NCBI GenBank assembly: GCA_963750165.1
Contig: CAVVPN010000003.1
Coordinates: 960,001-1,024,000, forward strand
Source of the DNA: an uncultured Gemmataceae bacterium
GTDB lineage: Bacteria; Planctomycetota; Planctomycetia; Gemmatales; Gemmataceae
DNA: 64,000 nucleotides
Direction of reading: 5' to 3'
Shown: positions 1 to 9,388 of the stretch, in pieces
Position numbering within the stretch: position 1 is the first letter of the stretch
Layout: the number at the start of each line of letters is the position of its first letter
Translations under genes and position numbers: made by a program
The notes under the pieces: model-generated
What the model saw: only the letters and a program-made list of their open reading frames with translations
What the model was told of the DNA's origin: nothing
Databases searched by the model: none

Positions 1-1
1 C

Positions 2-563
2 CGAAACCCTCCAGCCGCCCCGTGCTGACCGGGAAACGCAGATCTCCCAGCAGCTTCGCCAGCCCCGGCTGTCGCGCCAGCACCACGTGCAGCATCAGGT
101 AGTGCTGGACGAACTGCTGCAGTTCCGGGCTGGTGCGGTCGCGCTGGGCGAGCAGCTCGGCCAGGCGCCGCGGCGGGCAGGCGGCGTAATGACAGACCCA
201 GCGGAGCGGGGTCGTGACCGCCACCGACTTGACGCCGGGAGTGTGGACGTACTCGGTCGGCGTCAGCTCGACGGCGGTGGCGAGGATGTCCAGCGGCGGC
301 TTCAACTCGCGGGGGAGGCCGAACGGCTGCATTGGGGCGAGCTTTTCATACAGCGTTTGCAGGTCCTTCAGGGCGGCTTCGGAGCCCTTGACGGTCTCGC
401 GAGGAGTGCTCTTGACGTACTCGCCGAGGACGGCCCGCTGGCGCAACAGCGGCGCCAGCGCGGCCAGGTACTCCTTCAGCTCGCCACGCAGCAGGTCGGC
501 CACCGTCCGCGTCAGTTTGCGCAGGGCCAGCAGCCGTTTCGTGGTAAATCGCTTGTCCGTCAT
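2..563 (-). CDS. Hypothetical protein, 3' end runs off the window
   Basis: Hand translation from ATG 563 (GGAG/GAGG RBS upstream) gives MTDKRFTTKRLLALRKLTRTVADLLRGELKEYLAAL... with no stop to the edge and high GC3. It is absent from the ORF track because it has no stop. Confidence 0.8.
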   Translation of the reverse strand, partial: MTDKRFTTKRLLALRKLTRTVADLLRGELKEYLAALAPLLRQRAVLGEYVKSTPRETVKGSEAALKDLQTLYEKLAPMQPFGLPRELKPPLDILATAVELTPTEYVHTPGVKSVAVTTPLRWVCHYAACPPRRLAELLAQRDRTSPELQQFVQHYLMLHVVLARQPGLAKLLGDLRFPVSTGRLEGF

Positions 564-594
564 CTCCAACCCCTCGCACCCCTTAATCTCTCGC

Positions 595-668
595 ATTATA
601 CCGCGGCGGCGGCCGTCTCTCCACCACGAACCGGATTGCTTGTAACCCGCGCGAGCGCGGCGTACAAT
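595..668. promoter_or_regulatory. Divergent sigma70-like promoters
   Basis: + strand TTGTAA(640-645)-17 bp-TACAAT(663-668) before ATG 707; - strand TATAAT (595-600) before ATG 563. Confidence 0.55.
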
Positions 669-706
669 CCAAATGTTTTCAGGCCCTCCCATCCCCCGAG
701 GTTCCC

Positions 707-3700
707 ATGGCCGATAAATCTCCACCCCCCTGGCGCGGAGGTGCCTCGAACTCCGGCCGGCCCACCGGTGGCGGCAATAAACCCTGGAGCAGCAAACCCC
801 AGCAAGCGGCAGCCTCCGCGCGGCCCTTCCGGGTTCCGCGACGCGTCGTGGTCGGCTTCCTGCTAACCGCGGTCCTGGCGACGGTGGCGACGCTGATTTA
901 CATCGGCACGCGGCCCGAGACGCCGAAACAGCCTCGCCTCGTCCTCATCGGGGCGGACTACGCCGAGAATCTGGGCGTGCCACCCAACCCGCACGGCATG
1001 CAGAGCCTGCTGGACCTCAAAGCCTATGCCGAAACCGCCGAATGGAAGGCCGGCGTCGAGCAGGAAAAGGTGTTCAACGTCCATCACGGGGCCCCTTTGA
1101 CCTTCAAGTCCCGCGACGCTGCCTACCTACTTCACGACCTGAACGAGGCCAGGGAGAAAACCATCATTGTTTACCTGGCCCTTCACGGCGGCGTTGATGC
1201 CAGGGGGCCTTACCTCCTCCCCCAGGACTATCAGGTTTATCCCCTCTCCGAAAGCAAACAGGGCCAGGGCCTGTTGCGTATCAGCGACGTGCTCGACCGC
1301 CTGGCGGAGTTGAAGGACAAAAACAAGGTTCTGATCCTCGACGCGACGCAAATCCCGGCTCACGCGCCGCTCGGGATGCTGCACAATGACTTCGCCCGGC
1401 AGCTGAAAGAGGGTGCGATCCGCAAGCAAATTGAGGCGATTCCCAACCTGGTGGTTCTCTGTGCCAGCGATGTCGGCCAGCGCTCCTGGTACTCCGAGGA
1501 GTGGGGCCGGACCGCCTTTGGGCATTATGTTCTGGAAGGGCTGAAGGGGGCCGCGGACCAAAACAATAACGGTCGCGTCACCGCGCAGGAACTCATCGAT
1601 TACCTGCAACTCAACGTCCGCAAATGGGTGCGTGCCAACCGCGACGAGGAGCAGGAACCGCTGTTCCTGGTCGGCAAGGAGACGGACCCCGCGCGGATGG
1701 AACTGGCGGTGTACGAGGGGTCGTACCAGTATGAGCCGCCGTCGCCCCGGATCGACGCCGCGGCCAGGGCCGCCCTGGACCGGGCATGGAACGGCTTCCA
1801 CGCCCTCCGTCAAAAGAACCCGTTCGCCCCCCAGCAACACCCGCAGCTGTGGCGGCGTTATCTGGACACGCTGCTGCGCTGCGAGCACCTGGCGCGCTCC
1901 GGCTGCGATGTCCAGCAGAGCACCGGCGGTCTGCTCACGAAACTGGGGACGTGGGAGAAGGAACTGTCCGACGCAGCGCCGCTGCCCCCGTCGCTGGAGC
2001 AGGCGGCGTCCCTCACCTTGCCGTTGCACGCGGCACTGGGGCGGGCCGTCCCCTGGGACAGGGCCCAGCTGAAGAAGTGGTTCGCCGGCCTGTGGAACCC
2101 CGACCCCAAAAAGAATCCCGACCCCAAAAAGAGTCGAGAAGTGTTCTGGGAGGAGGTGAAAAAGGCAGCGCTGGCGAAGGGGACCGAAACGCAACTGTGC
2201 CTGGAACTGGCGACCCTGGCCCTGCGGGCCGACGGGCCGCCCACGGCGAAGGCGCGCGAGCAACGCCGGCAACTGCTGCAATTGCTCTTTCCGGTGGCGG
2301 GCCGGCGCCCGGCCGAGGTTCACACCGTCTTGATGATCGACCAGGATCTCGACGACAAGAAGCAACCCGGTGAGGAACTGCTTGCCCGTTCCAAGGACCT
2401 GCGGTTGCTGGCGGAGCAGACGGTCCTGACGGCCCCCGCTGGCACCGCGTTCGACAGCGCCCGGGTCTTCCCCTGGGTCAAGGCGCAGGTGGCGGACGCG
2501 GACCGCGCACGCACGCTGGGACAGGACTGGCTGTTCGCGGCCGACGGCACCGGGTGGGAGCAGGCTGGGAAACACCTGAAGGACGCCGCCGCGAGGTACG
2601 AGGAGGCGCTGGAGGACGGCAAGGCCGTGCGTGAGGCGCTGGCGGTGCGCGACGAGGCACTGGCGACGCTGCCCTACTATACGCAATGGTTGGCGCGCCG
2701 GCGGTTCCCACCCGGCAAGCGAGAACTAAAGGCAGATGTCGCGGCGTGGGTGGGCAAGGTGGAAGCATTGTGGCAGGACACGCACCTGCTGGCGGGCCGG
2801 CTGACCGACCCGGAGGGGAGCGGGGTCCGGCACGCGGGCGACCGGGGCGAAAGCTTGCAGGTGCTGGCGGCGCGGGGCCGCCAGGGATTGCAGGAGGTCG
2901 CACGATTTTTCGAGGGGCAGTGCGTCGAGTTCAGCAAGGCCGGCGCCGGCGCGGCGTTGCCCTCGTTGTGGCATGACCTGGACGGCGTCCTGTTGGTGCC
3001 GTTCATCGAACCGGCACTGCGCACACAACTGCTGAAGGCCCATGCCCGGGTGGCCAAGGACCTCCACGACAAGTATGACCCGAAACGCAAGTTGGACCCG
3101 GCGGAGGACGACGCGGTCGCGAAGGAGCAGGAGCGCGGGATCGCGGCGGCCCGTCTTCAGGGGCGGCTAGCCTGCGCGGAACTGGGCTCGGAGTGGGTGA
3201 ACCAGCAGGGGGCAGGGCTGAAGTACAACGACCTGTGGGACACGATTCGGCGCGACCAGAAGGAGTACTGGGTGTCCCTGGGGGAGGCCGGCGGCCAGCT
3301 GGGGAAGCTGTTGCGGCGGCGGCCGCAGTCCCTGGAAGAGACGGCCCAGAAGCTCAAGCAGGCGAAATCGGTCGGTGAGGCCGGGAAGGCGGTGCGGGCA
3401 GCGGAAGTGGTCGCCCGCCACCTGGACGGTGCCGGGGCGGAGGTCGCCCCGCTGGACCCGGTGCTGGAGAACCGGTTGCTCCACCTGCACGGGCTGCTGG
3501 TCGGGCTGGCCGACCGCACCTGGCACGAACACTGGTGGTACACCCGCGCGGAGCAGGGGCCGAACCCGCAGCCCTACTACGTCACCGCCGTCGAGACGTT
3601 GCTGGACGCGGCGGGACAAATGGCCGTCGCGGGGAGTCCCTCGAACAGGGCGATCGAGGAACTGCGCAAGGCGGAGGTCCGGTCTGAGGGGGCGCGGCTG

Positions 3701-5833
3701 CGGCGTGCGGACGTGGCCTGCGCGCCGCTGGGGACGGCGTTCGACTGGACCAGCGAACCGCAGCACGTCGTGCGGTTCAAGATCGCACCGCCGCAGGTGC
3801 CGGGGGGGGCGACCGCAGAAGGCGTGGCCATGACCTCCCTGAAGGCCGACCGGTTGAAGACGCCCGGGGAGTACCAGGTGCGCGCGCCGCGGCCCCTCAC
3901 CGCCGCGAGCGCCGCCACGCCCCTGGAATACCACCTGACGAATCCCGCCCTGGACCAGCCGCCGACTGTGGCGTTCGTCAAGACAACGGCCACCCTGCAG
4001 GGGGTGTTCCGCGGTCAGCCGCTGACCCCGACCGCGCACCTCAACCTGCACCTGATCCCGGAAACCGTCGTGTACCGTCAGCCGCCGCCGACCATTGCCG
4101 GCGTCCACGTGCGCGCGGACGAGGAACTGCCGGCCGGGTCGGTCGCCATCGTGCTCGACTGTTCCGGGTCCATGAACGACCCGGTGGGAAAGGCGGGCGG
4201 GACGCGGTACACCTACGCCCTGCAGGCGCTGCGCGAAGTGCTGGGCAAGTTGCGCGAGGGCACCGAACTCAGCCTCCTGGTCTTCGGCCATGAAACAGTT
4301 CAGACCAACGACCTGATCGAAGTCTTTCGCAAACCGACGGAGTGGAAGGAGGCGCAGCTCGACAGCCTCATGAGGCGGCTCGGGAAACTGAAGCCCTACT
4401 ACAAGACACCCCTGGTGAAGGCGATGCTTCACGCCAGGGAGGACCTGAAGGGCAAGCCCGGCTTCAAAACGCTGGTGCTGCTCACCGACGGCACGGACAC
4501 GCTGTACCAGGAGGGGGACCCCGGGGAAACCCGGACAGAGAGGATCAAAAAGAGGTTACTCAAAGAATTCCGCAACCAGCAGATCATGATTAACATGATC
4601 ATTTTCAACGACGGCCGGAATGCGGCGGAGCGGCAGGAAATTCAGAACGCCCGGGACCAGTTCGAGGAGACGATTTACAAGCTGAACTCGCCTGAGGGCA
4701 AGCTGCGCACCGGGTTTTTCGTGGAGAAAGACGCCAAAAACCTGGTGCGCACGCTGCTCGAATTCATGCGGCCCCAGGCGCGCGTGCTGCAAAACCTCAA
4801 GGTGCTGGCCAAGATGCCCATGAGCTATTTCGAGGAGGAGGGCTACGACTTCTGGAAGCTGGAGCCGGGGGAAGACCGCGTGTACTCCCTCGCGGTGAAC
4901 CACGCGGACCAGTTCTTCCGGCTCGACCGCGGAGACTTTCTCGCCGTGCTGGTGCGGCCCAGCGCCGAGGCGCGGGCGGGCGTCGCGTTCGAGCGGCTGC
5001 TGTTCGCGGACCTGAAGGGGTGCGAGAAGCGGCCCCGGAAAAAAATCGGCGAGTGGCAACTGACCGTCCTGCAAAACCAGTACCTGATCAACCGGAAGAC
5101 CCTGGAGATGCTGGCGACCCTGGAAAACTGGAAGCGGGTCAAGCCCGACGGCGGCCGCCTGCGCCTGACGCGACCGGGCTTCATGTGGCTCGAGCTGGAC
5201 GCCCCGGGGGCGCACAAGCCCGTGCAGGTGCGCTGGGGGAACGAATGGCTTTACCCCGGCCCCACCTGGAAGTTGAAAGGGAGGGACTGGCCGACCGACG
5301 CCGGGACGGGGAACACCCCGCGGGGGAACAGTCCGCGGCTGTCCGCCTGGTGGACCTGGGCCGACGATCCCTTCCCCCCGGCCCACACGAAAGTGTTTCA
5401 CGAGGAGGGCAAGCGCTTCGAGGACGAGTTGCGCGACCGCGCGGAGAACGTCCGCGATGAGGGCGTGACCATCGAGAGCGTCACGACGGAGGAACTCCCG
5501 CGGGAAGGGGTTGCCGGGAAGGCGGAGTGCCTGGTGGTGCGGCTGCGGCACAAGGTCGGGAAGCCCGTCTGGGTGGAGTTGGGGGACCTGGCGCCCACGT
5601 ACCAGGAACACCACTTTTACGCGCGGGCCGGCAAGGTGACCGCCATCTTCTGGGGCATCTCGAACGACCAGGCCCAGAAACGGTTCTCGTTGAACCTGAC
5701 CTCGCTCGACGCCCTCAAGCACGACAGGAACACGTTCCGCCTGGCGGCCGACGAATTGCCCTTGCCCACGCCCGACCTGCCGCCGCCCAACCCGGTGACG
5801 TTGCGCACACCGGCGGTCGGTCGGCAGGATTGA
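707..5833 (+). CDS. Large membrane-anchored protein: caspase-like (peptidase C14 fold, catalytic Cys absent), helical region, vWA domain
   Basis: 1708 aa with an N-terminal TM helix. C14-like motifs YLALHGG, YLLPQD, VLILDAT, LCASDVGQRS, AFGHYVLEGLKGAADQNNNGRVT. vWA MIDAS motifs IVLDCSGSM...TPL...LLTDG. Confidence 0.8.
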   Translation: MADKSPPPWRGGASNSGRPTGGGNKPWSSKPQQAAASARPFRVPRRVVVGFLLTAVLATVATLIYIGTRPETPKQPRLVLIGADYAENLGVPPNPHGMQSLLDLKAYAETAEWKAGVEQEKVFNVHHGAPLTFKSRDAAYLLHDLNEAREKTIIVYLALHGGVDARGPYLLPQDYQVYPLSESKQGQGLLRISDVLDRLAELKDKNKVLILDATQIPAHAPLGMLHNDFARQLKEGAIRKQIEAIPNLVVLCASDVGQRSWYSEEWGRTAFGHYVLEGLKGAADQNNNGRVTAQELIDYLQLNVRKWVRANRDEEQEPLFLVGKETDPARMELAVYEGSYQYEPPSPRIDAAARAALDRAWNGFHALRQKNPFAPQQHPQLWRRYLDTLLRCEHLARSGCDVQQSTGGLLTKLGTWEKELSDAAPLPPSLEQAASLTLPLHAALGRAVPWDRAQLKKWFAGLWNPDPKKNPDPKKSREVFWEEVKKAALAKGTETQLCLELATLALRADGPPTAKAREQRRQLLQLLFPVAGRRPAEVHTVLMIDQDLDDKKQPGEELLARSKDLRLLAEQTVLTAPAGTAFDSARVFPWVKAQVADADRARTLGQDWLFAADGTGWEQAGKHLKDAAARYEEALEDGKAVREALAVRDEALATLPYYTQWLARRRFPPGKRELKADVAAWVGKVEALWQDTHLLAGRLTDPEGSGVRHAGDRGESLQVLAARGRQGLQEVARFFEGQCVEFSKAGAGAALPSLWHDLDGVLLVPFIEPALRTQLLKAHARVAKDLHDKYDPKRKLDPAEDDAVAKEQERGIAAARLQGRLACAELGSEWVNQQGAGLKYNDLWDTIRRDQKEYWVSLGEAGGQLGKLLRRRPQSLEETAQKLKQAKSVGEAGKAVRAAEVVARHLDGAGAEVAPLDPVLENRLLHLHGLLVGLADRTWHEHWWYTRAEQGPNPQPYYVTAVETLLDAAGQMAVAGSPSNRAIEELRKAEVRSEGARLRRADVACAPLGTAFDWTSEPQHVVRFKIAPPQVPGGATAEGVAMTSLKADRLKTPGEYQVRAPRPLTAASAATPLEYHLTNPALDQPPTVAFVKTTATLQGVFRGQPLTPTAHLNLHLIPETVVYRQPPPTIAGVHVRADEELPAGSVAIVLDCSGSMNDPVGKAGGTRYTYALQALREVLGKLREGTELSLLVFGHETVQTNDLIEVFRKPTEWKEAQLDSLMRRLGKLKPYYKTPLVKAMLHAREDLKGKPGFKTLVLLTDGTDTLYQEGDPGETRTERIKKRLLKEFRNQQIMINMIIFNDGRNAAERQEIQNARDQFEETIYKLNSPEGKLRTGFFVEKDAKNLVRTLLEFMRPQARVLQNLKVLAKMPMSYFEEEGYDFWKLEPGEDRVYSLAVNHADQFFRLDRGDFLAVLVRPSAEARAGVAFERLLFADLKGCEKRPRKKIGEWQLTVLQNQYLINRKTLEMLATLENWKRVKPDGGRLRLTRPGFMWLELDAPGAHKPVQVRWGNEWLYPGPTWKLKGRDWPTDAGTGNTPRGNSPRLSAWWTWADDPFPPAHTKVFHEEGKRFEDELRDRAENVRDEGVTIESVTTEELPREGVAGKAECLVVRLRHKVGKPVWVELGDLAPTYQEHHFYARAGKVTAIFWGISNDQAQKRFSLNLTSLDALKHDRNTFRLAADELPLPTPDLPPPNPVTLRTPAVGRQD

Positions 5834-5860
5834 CGCCCGACACCTTCGAGGAGTCGCACC

Positions 5861-6847
5861 ATGTCCCAGGGACAGCATTCTCCGGACCGGCCGCCCCCGG
5901 CGTGGCGGTCGGCGCCGGGGGCACCGCCCGCGCCGGCCCGCCGGCTCCCCGCGGGCGGCACCGGCGGGCCGCGGTTGCGCAAACTGTTCATCCTGCTGGC
6001 CGTCATCCTCGGGCTGTGCGGGGCCATCGCCGCCTGGGTCTTTCTGCTGCGCACCTTCGACGAGCCGCTATTCGTGGCCCTGCCCATCACCGAGTATCGC
6101 GGGGCCGGACTGCCGAAAAACCCGTACGTGGAGGAGGACGGGGCAGCGCTGCGGCGACACTTCCCCGGCAGCCGTGGCGCGTTCGATTTCCAGGAACGGC
6201 ACCAGCTGGCGGCGGTGCTCCGCGGCCTGCGTCAGGAGAAGCCGCCCGCACTCGTCGTCTTCCTCTCGGCCCACGCCGTCGTCCGCGACGGCCAGGTTTA
6301 TCTCCTGCCAGGGGACGCGGTGCTCGACAACCCGGACACCTGGTTGCCCCTCGGCGCCGTGCTCACCAGCATGCGCCGGTGCCACACGGAGCACCGGTTG
6401 CTCATCCTCGACGTGATGCGAGCCACGGTGGGGCCGGACGCGAAGGCGGAAGACGGCGTCTCACGCCAGGTGTACTCGTTCCTGGAGAAGGAACTCGGCA
6501 AGCAGGAGGAACCGCCGTTGTTCGTGTTGTGTGCGTGCGGGCCGGGGGAAGTCGCGCTCGCCGCGGAGCCGGTGAAGTTGTCGCTGTTTGCCTACCACCT
6601 CAACGAGGGGTTGTACGGCGCGGCGGTTGGCTATGCCCGCAAGCGAAACGACGGGTTCGTGTCGGTCCGGGACCTGGCCGCCTACGCCGCCCACCACGTG
6701 GATGCGTGGGCCCGGCACAATCTCCACGTCCGCCAGCGGCCCGTGCTCCTGGGCGCCGGCCCGGACTTTTACCTGGCGTCGCGGTCGCGGCCACAGGCGC
6801 CGGCCCGCCCGGCGGATTTGCCCAGGCTGAAAGATTTGCCCCGCTGA
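5861..6847 (+). CDS. Membrane-anchored caspase-like domain protein (catalytic Cys absent), paralog of the upstream gene's N-terminus
   Basis: GAGGAG RBS; TM helix; FLSAHA, YLLPGD, LLILDVM, LCACGPGE, SLFAYHLNEGLYGAA...DGFVSVRDL...QRP. Confidence 0.75.
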   Translation: MSQGQHSPDRPPPAWRSAPGAPPAPARRLPAGGTGGPRLRKLFILLAVILGLCGAIAAWVFLLRTFDEPLFVALPITEYRGAGLPKNPYVEEDGAALRRHFPGSRGAFDFQERHQLAAVLRGLRQEKPPALVVFLSAHAVVRDGQVYLLPGDAVLDNPDTWLPLGAVLTSMRRCHTEHRLLILDVMRATVGPDAKAEDGVSRQVYSFLEKELGKQEEPPLFVLCACGPGEVALAAEPVKLSLFAYHLNEGLYGAAVGYARKRNDGFVSVRDLAAYAAHHVDAWARHNLHVRQRPVLLGAGPDFYLASRSRPQAPARPADLPRLKDLPR

Positions 6848-7097
6848 CCGTGTGGCGGTTCGGGGGCATCTTGTGGTTTACGCCGGCGAGCGGCGGCGGT
6901 AACGTTCCCGCGGGGGAGGCCGCGTTGACGAACCGTATTCCGGGCCTACGCATCAAGCATCCCTCGGCGGGCGCGAGCACAATAGAAAAGCCCCGGCGTC
7001 CGGGCGGACCCCTTCTGGGGACGGGACGTGGAGCGTCGCAAGCGCGCGGCCCTGTTCAGGGCGTGGGGCTGAAGCCCAGATAGAAAGGTTTACCGAA

Positions 7098-9056
7098 ATG
7101 GAACAACAACGATATTCGCGCTGGCGCGTTCCCCGGCAGGGTGGGTGGCCGCTCGGGGCGGTGCTGGCCATCGTCGTGTGGGGTAGCTGGGGGTGCGCCG
7201 CGGCCTCGGCGGCCGACTGGGAATTGCTCCTGAGCAGCACCCCCGACGTGCCGGGGACCACCTATAAGGTCTACGGCCTGCGCTGCAACGTGGAAAACCG
7301 CGTGTACCTGTCCGTCAAGAATGACACGGCGATCGCGGAGGCGGTGACGGTTCGGCTGTCCGTACCGGGGCCAGCCGGCAAGATGAAGCCGCTGGCCGAA
7401 CAAAAGCTGTCCGTGCCCGCCAACAAGACCGTCCCGGTCCTGTTCCCGCCGCCGGAACCGCCGAAGGACGGCAAACCGGCGCCGCCGCCGCCCCTGGCGC
7501 CGCTGGCCGGGCCGCCGTTCAAGATCCAGTTCCAGGTGGTGGGCAAGGCGAAAGTGCTGGCCGAAGGGGAGGTGTATTTTCGGATCCTGCACCCGAACCA
7601 GTTCGTGAACGTCCAGCAGCCGGAGTTCGATCTTCTGGAAGAGGGCAACACCCTGGTCGTCAAGGCGGAAGCGAAGGAGGACTTCACCGGGCCGCCGGCC
7701 CGGCTGGAACTGGTGCTGCAGCCGGACCGCATCCCCGGGCTGATTGTCAATAAAAAGGAGGGCGTTTACGCCCAGAAGCTGCGCAAGGCCGGCGACAAGA
7801 CCCGGCTGGTGGCCCGCAACCTGCTGTTCCGCAACCTGCTGCTCGAAAGCTGGGTAGGGCCGCCCAGCGGGCTGGTGCTGGTTCGGGTGGACGACTATGC
7901 GCGGGCGTTCCGCTTTCCGACGGCCTTTTCGCGATCCGGCAAGTCGGAAATCGCCCTGGCGGAGCCGGGCATCCGCATCGCGCGGCTGCCAGGCTACGGC
8001 CCGCCGGCGGAGAAACTTGTCGTGCCGCTGGAGGTGGACACGCCGGGCAGCCTCGACGATGTGACCGTCGTCACGCAGTTGCTCGTCCCCACCGGGGAGG
8101 GCAAGGACGGACCGGAGCTTGAGCAGCGCGACATCAAGAAGTTGTTGGGGGCGCGGCAGCAGGCCGTCCTGGTGAGCGCCGCCGACCCCACCGGGGCCCT
8201 GCTGTTCAACACCGCGGTGCAGGACTGGCGGGTGACGCTGGACACCGAGGGGCTGTTCGGCGAGGTGCGCGTCCGCGCCCAGATGTTCAACCGGAAGAAC
8301 AACGAGAAGGGCGAACCAATCCTCGAACCGTTCCTGGACGCGAAGAAGCGGCTCATCCCGGGCACGGTCGCCGAGGCGGTCTTCTTTTTCGACGACACGC
8401 CGCCGATCTTCGTGAAGTTCGCGCCGGTCAGCGAGTTCCCGCGCCGGCTGGTCCGCGGCGACCCGCTGCCGTTGAAGGCCCGCGGCAGTGACCCGGAGTC
8501 CGGCATTCGCAGCGCTGTCTTCTTCCGCGGCAAGCCGGTCCTCAACAAGAACGCGGTCAAGGTGCCGCCGCCCGACGCGGAATTGATCCCCGCCGTCCTG
8601 GCCGAGGGGTCGGAGAAAATGGTGACGGCGGCCGCCCTGCTGCCGCTGCCGAACGTGCAGAAGGGCATCATGGAGGTCTCGGTCCAGTTCGTCAACAACG
8701 CCAACCAGAGTTCGTTCGACACCATCCGGATCGAACTGGTGGAGCCCGGTCTCGGCAAGAACGGCAAACTCCTGCCCAAACTGTTCAAGGTTGAAGGCAA
8801 GGTGTTGCAGGGCGACATCGCCCAGCCGAACCTGGTCGTGCTGCTCCGAGACGAGAAGGGCAACCTGAAGGCTACCACCCGCACCGCGACCGGTCTGGAG
8901 AAGGAGAAGGACCGCGGCAGTTTCACCTTCATCGACGTGCCGCCGGGCGTGTACTCCGTGTCGTCCATCAACTCGCCCTCCAGGTCCCGCGGTCAAACGC
9001 TGGTCACGGTCGTGGACGGCGACGTGAAGGATGTGACCATCAAACTGCTCCGCTGA
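7098..9056 (+). CDS. Secreted beta-rich protein with a C-terminal carboxypeptidase-regulatory-like (prealbumin-fold) domain
   Basis: 652 aa; signal peptide ending AASA-A; C-terminal GKVLQG...VVLLRDEKG...GSFTFIDVPPGVYSV. Confidence 0.7.
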   Translation: MEQQRYSRWRVPRQGGWPLGAVLAIVVWGSWGCAAASAADWELLLSSTPDVPGTTYKVYGLRCNVENRVYLSVKNDTAIAEAVTVRLSVPGPAGKMKPLAEQKLSVPANKTVPVLFPPPEPPKDGKPAPPPPLAPLAGPPFKIQFQVVGKAKVLAEGEVYFRILHPNQFVNVQQPEFDLLEEGNTLVVKAEAKEDFTGPPARLELVLQPDRIPGLIVNKKEGVYAQKLRKAGDKTRLVARNLLFRNLLLESWVGPPSGLVLVRVDDYARAFRFPTAFSRSGKSEIALAEPGIRIARLPGYGPPAEKLVVPLEVDTPGSLDDVTVVTQLLVPTGEGKDGPELEQRDIKKLLGARQQAVLVSAADPTGALLFNTAVQDWRVTLDTEGLFGEVRVRAQMFNRKNNEKGEPILEPFLDAKKRLIPGTVAEAVFFFDDTPPIFVKFAPVSEFPRRLVRGDPLPLKARGSDPESGIRSAVFFRGKPVLNKNAVKVPPPDAELIPAVLAEGSEKMVTAAALLPLPNVQKGIMEVSVQFVNNANQSSFDTIRIELVEPGLGKNGKLLPKLFKVEGKVLQGDIAQPNLVVLLRDEKGNLKATTRTATGLEKEKDRGSFTFIDVPPGVYSVSSINSPSRSRGQTLVTVVDGDVKDVTIKLLR

Positions 9057-9087
9057 TCCCGGAGCGCCTGGCAGGGCCTGGGTTGGC

Positions 9088-9123
9088 AGCGCCAGCGAAG
9101 GGGACAGCCCCCTCGCTGGCGTT
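9088..9123. repeat. Degenerate REP-like hairpin, family shared with 63531-63593
   Basis: agcgccagcgaaggg...ccctcgctggcgtt inverted repeat between convergent genes. Confidence 0.55.
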
Positions 9124-9388
9124 CGCGTTTTTCAGTACAGGAAATTCAGCCCGACGCCCACACCGATGGAGTAGGCGCGTTTCAGGTAACAGCGTGCACC
9201 GTCAGCGGCCCAGTCCGAGCGGACTGGTTGATGGCTCTGGCGTCGGGCTAATTTCGGGAGAAGGGCGTGTACCCGAGCAACTCCAGTCAATGCGGGTGGG
9301 ACTGGCCCGTCAGCAGTTCCGCCGGTGGTTATCGGCGCGCACCTTTCTTCCTCCTTTTTTCGGTCTCAGGGACGTGGACGTTCCGCTA

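Noticed and set aside
2096..2131. 18-bp tandem duplication (NPDPKK twice)
   Set aside because: Simple in-frame slippage with no wider significance visible.
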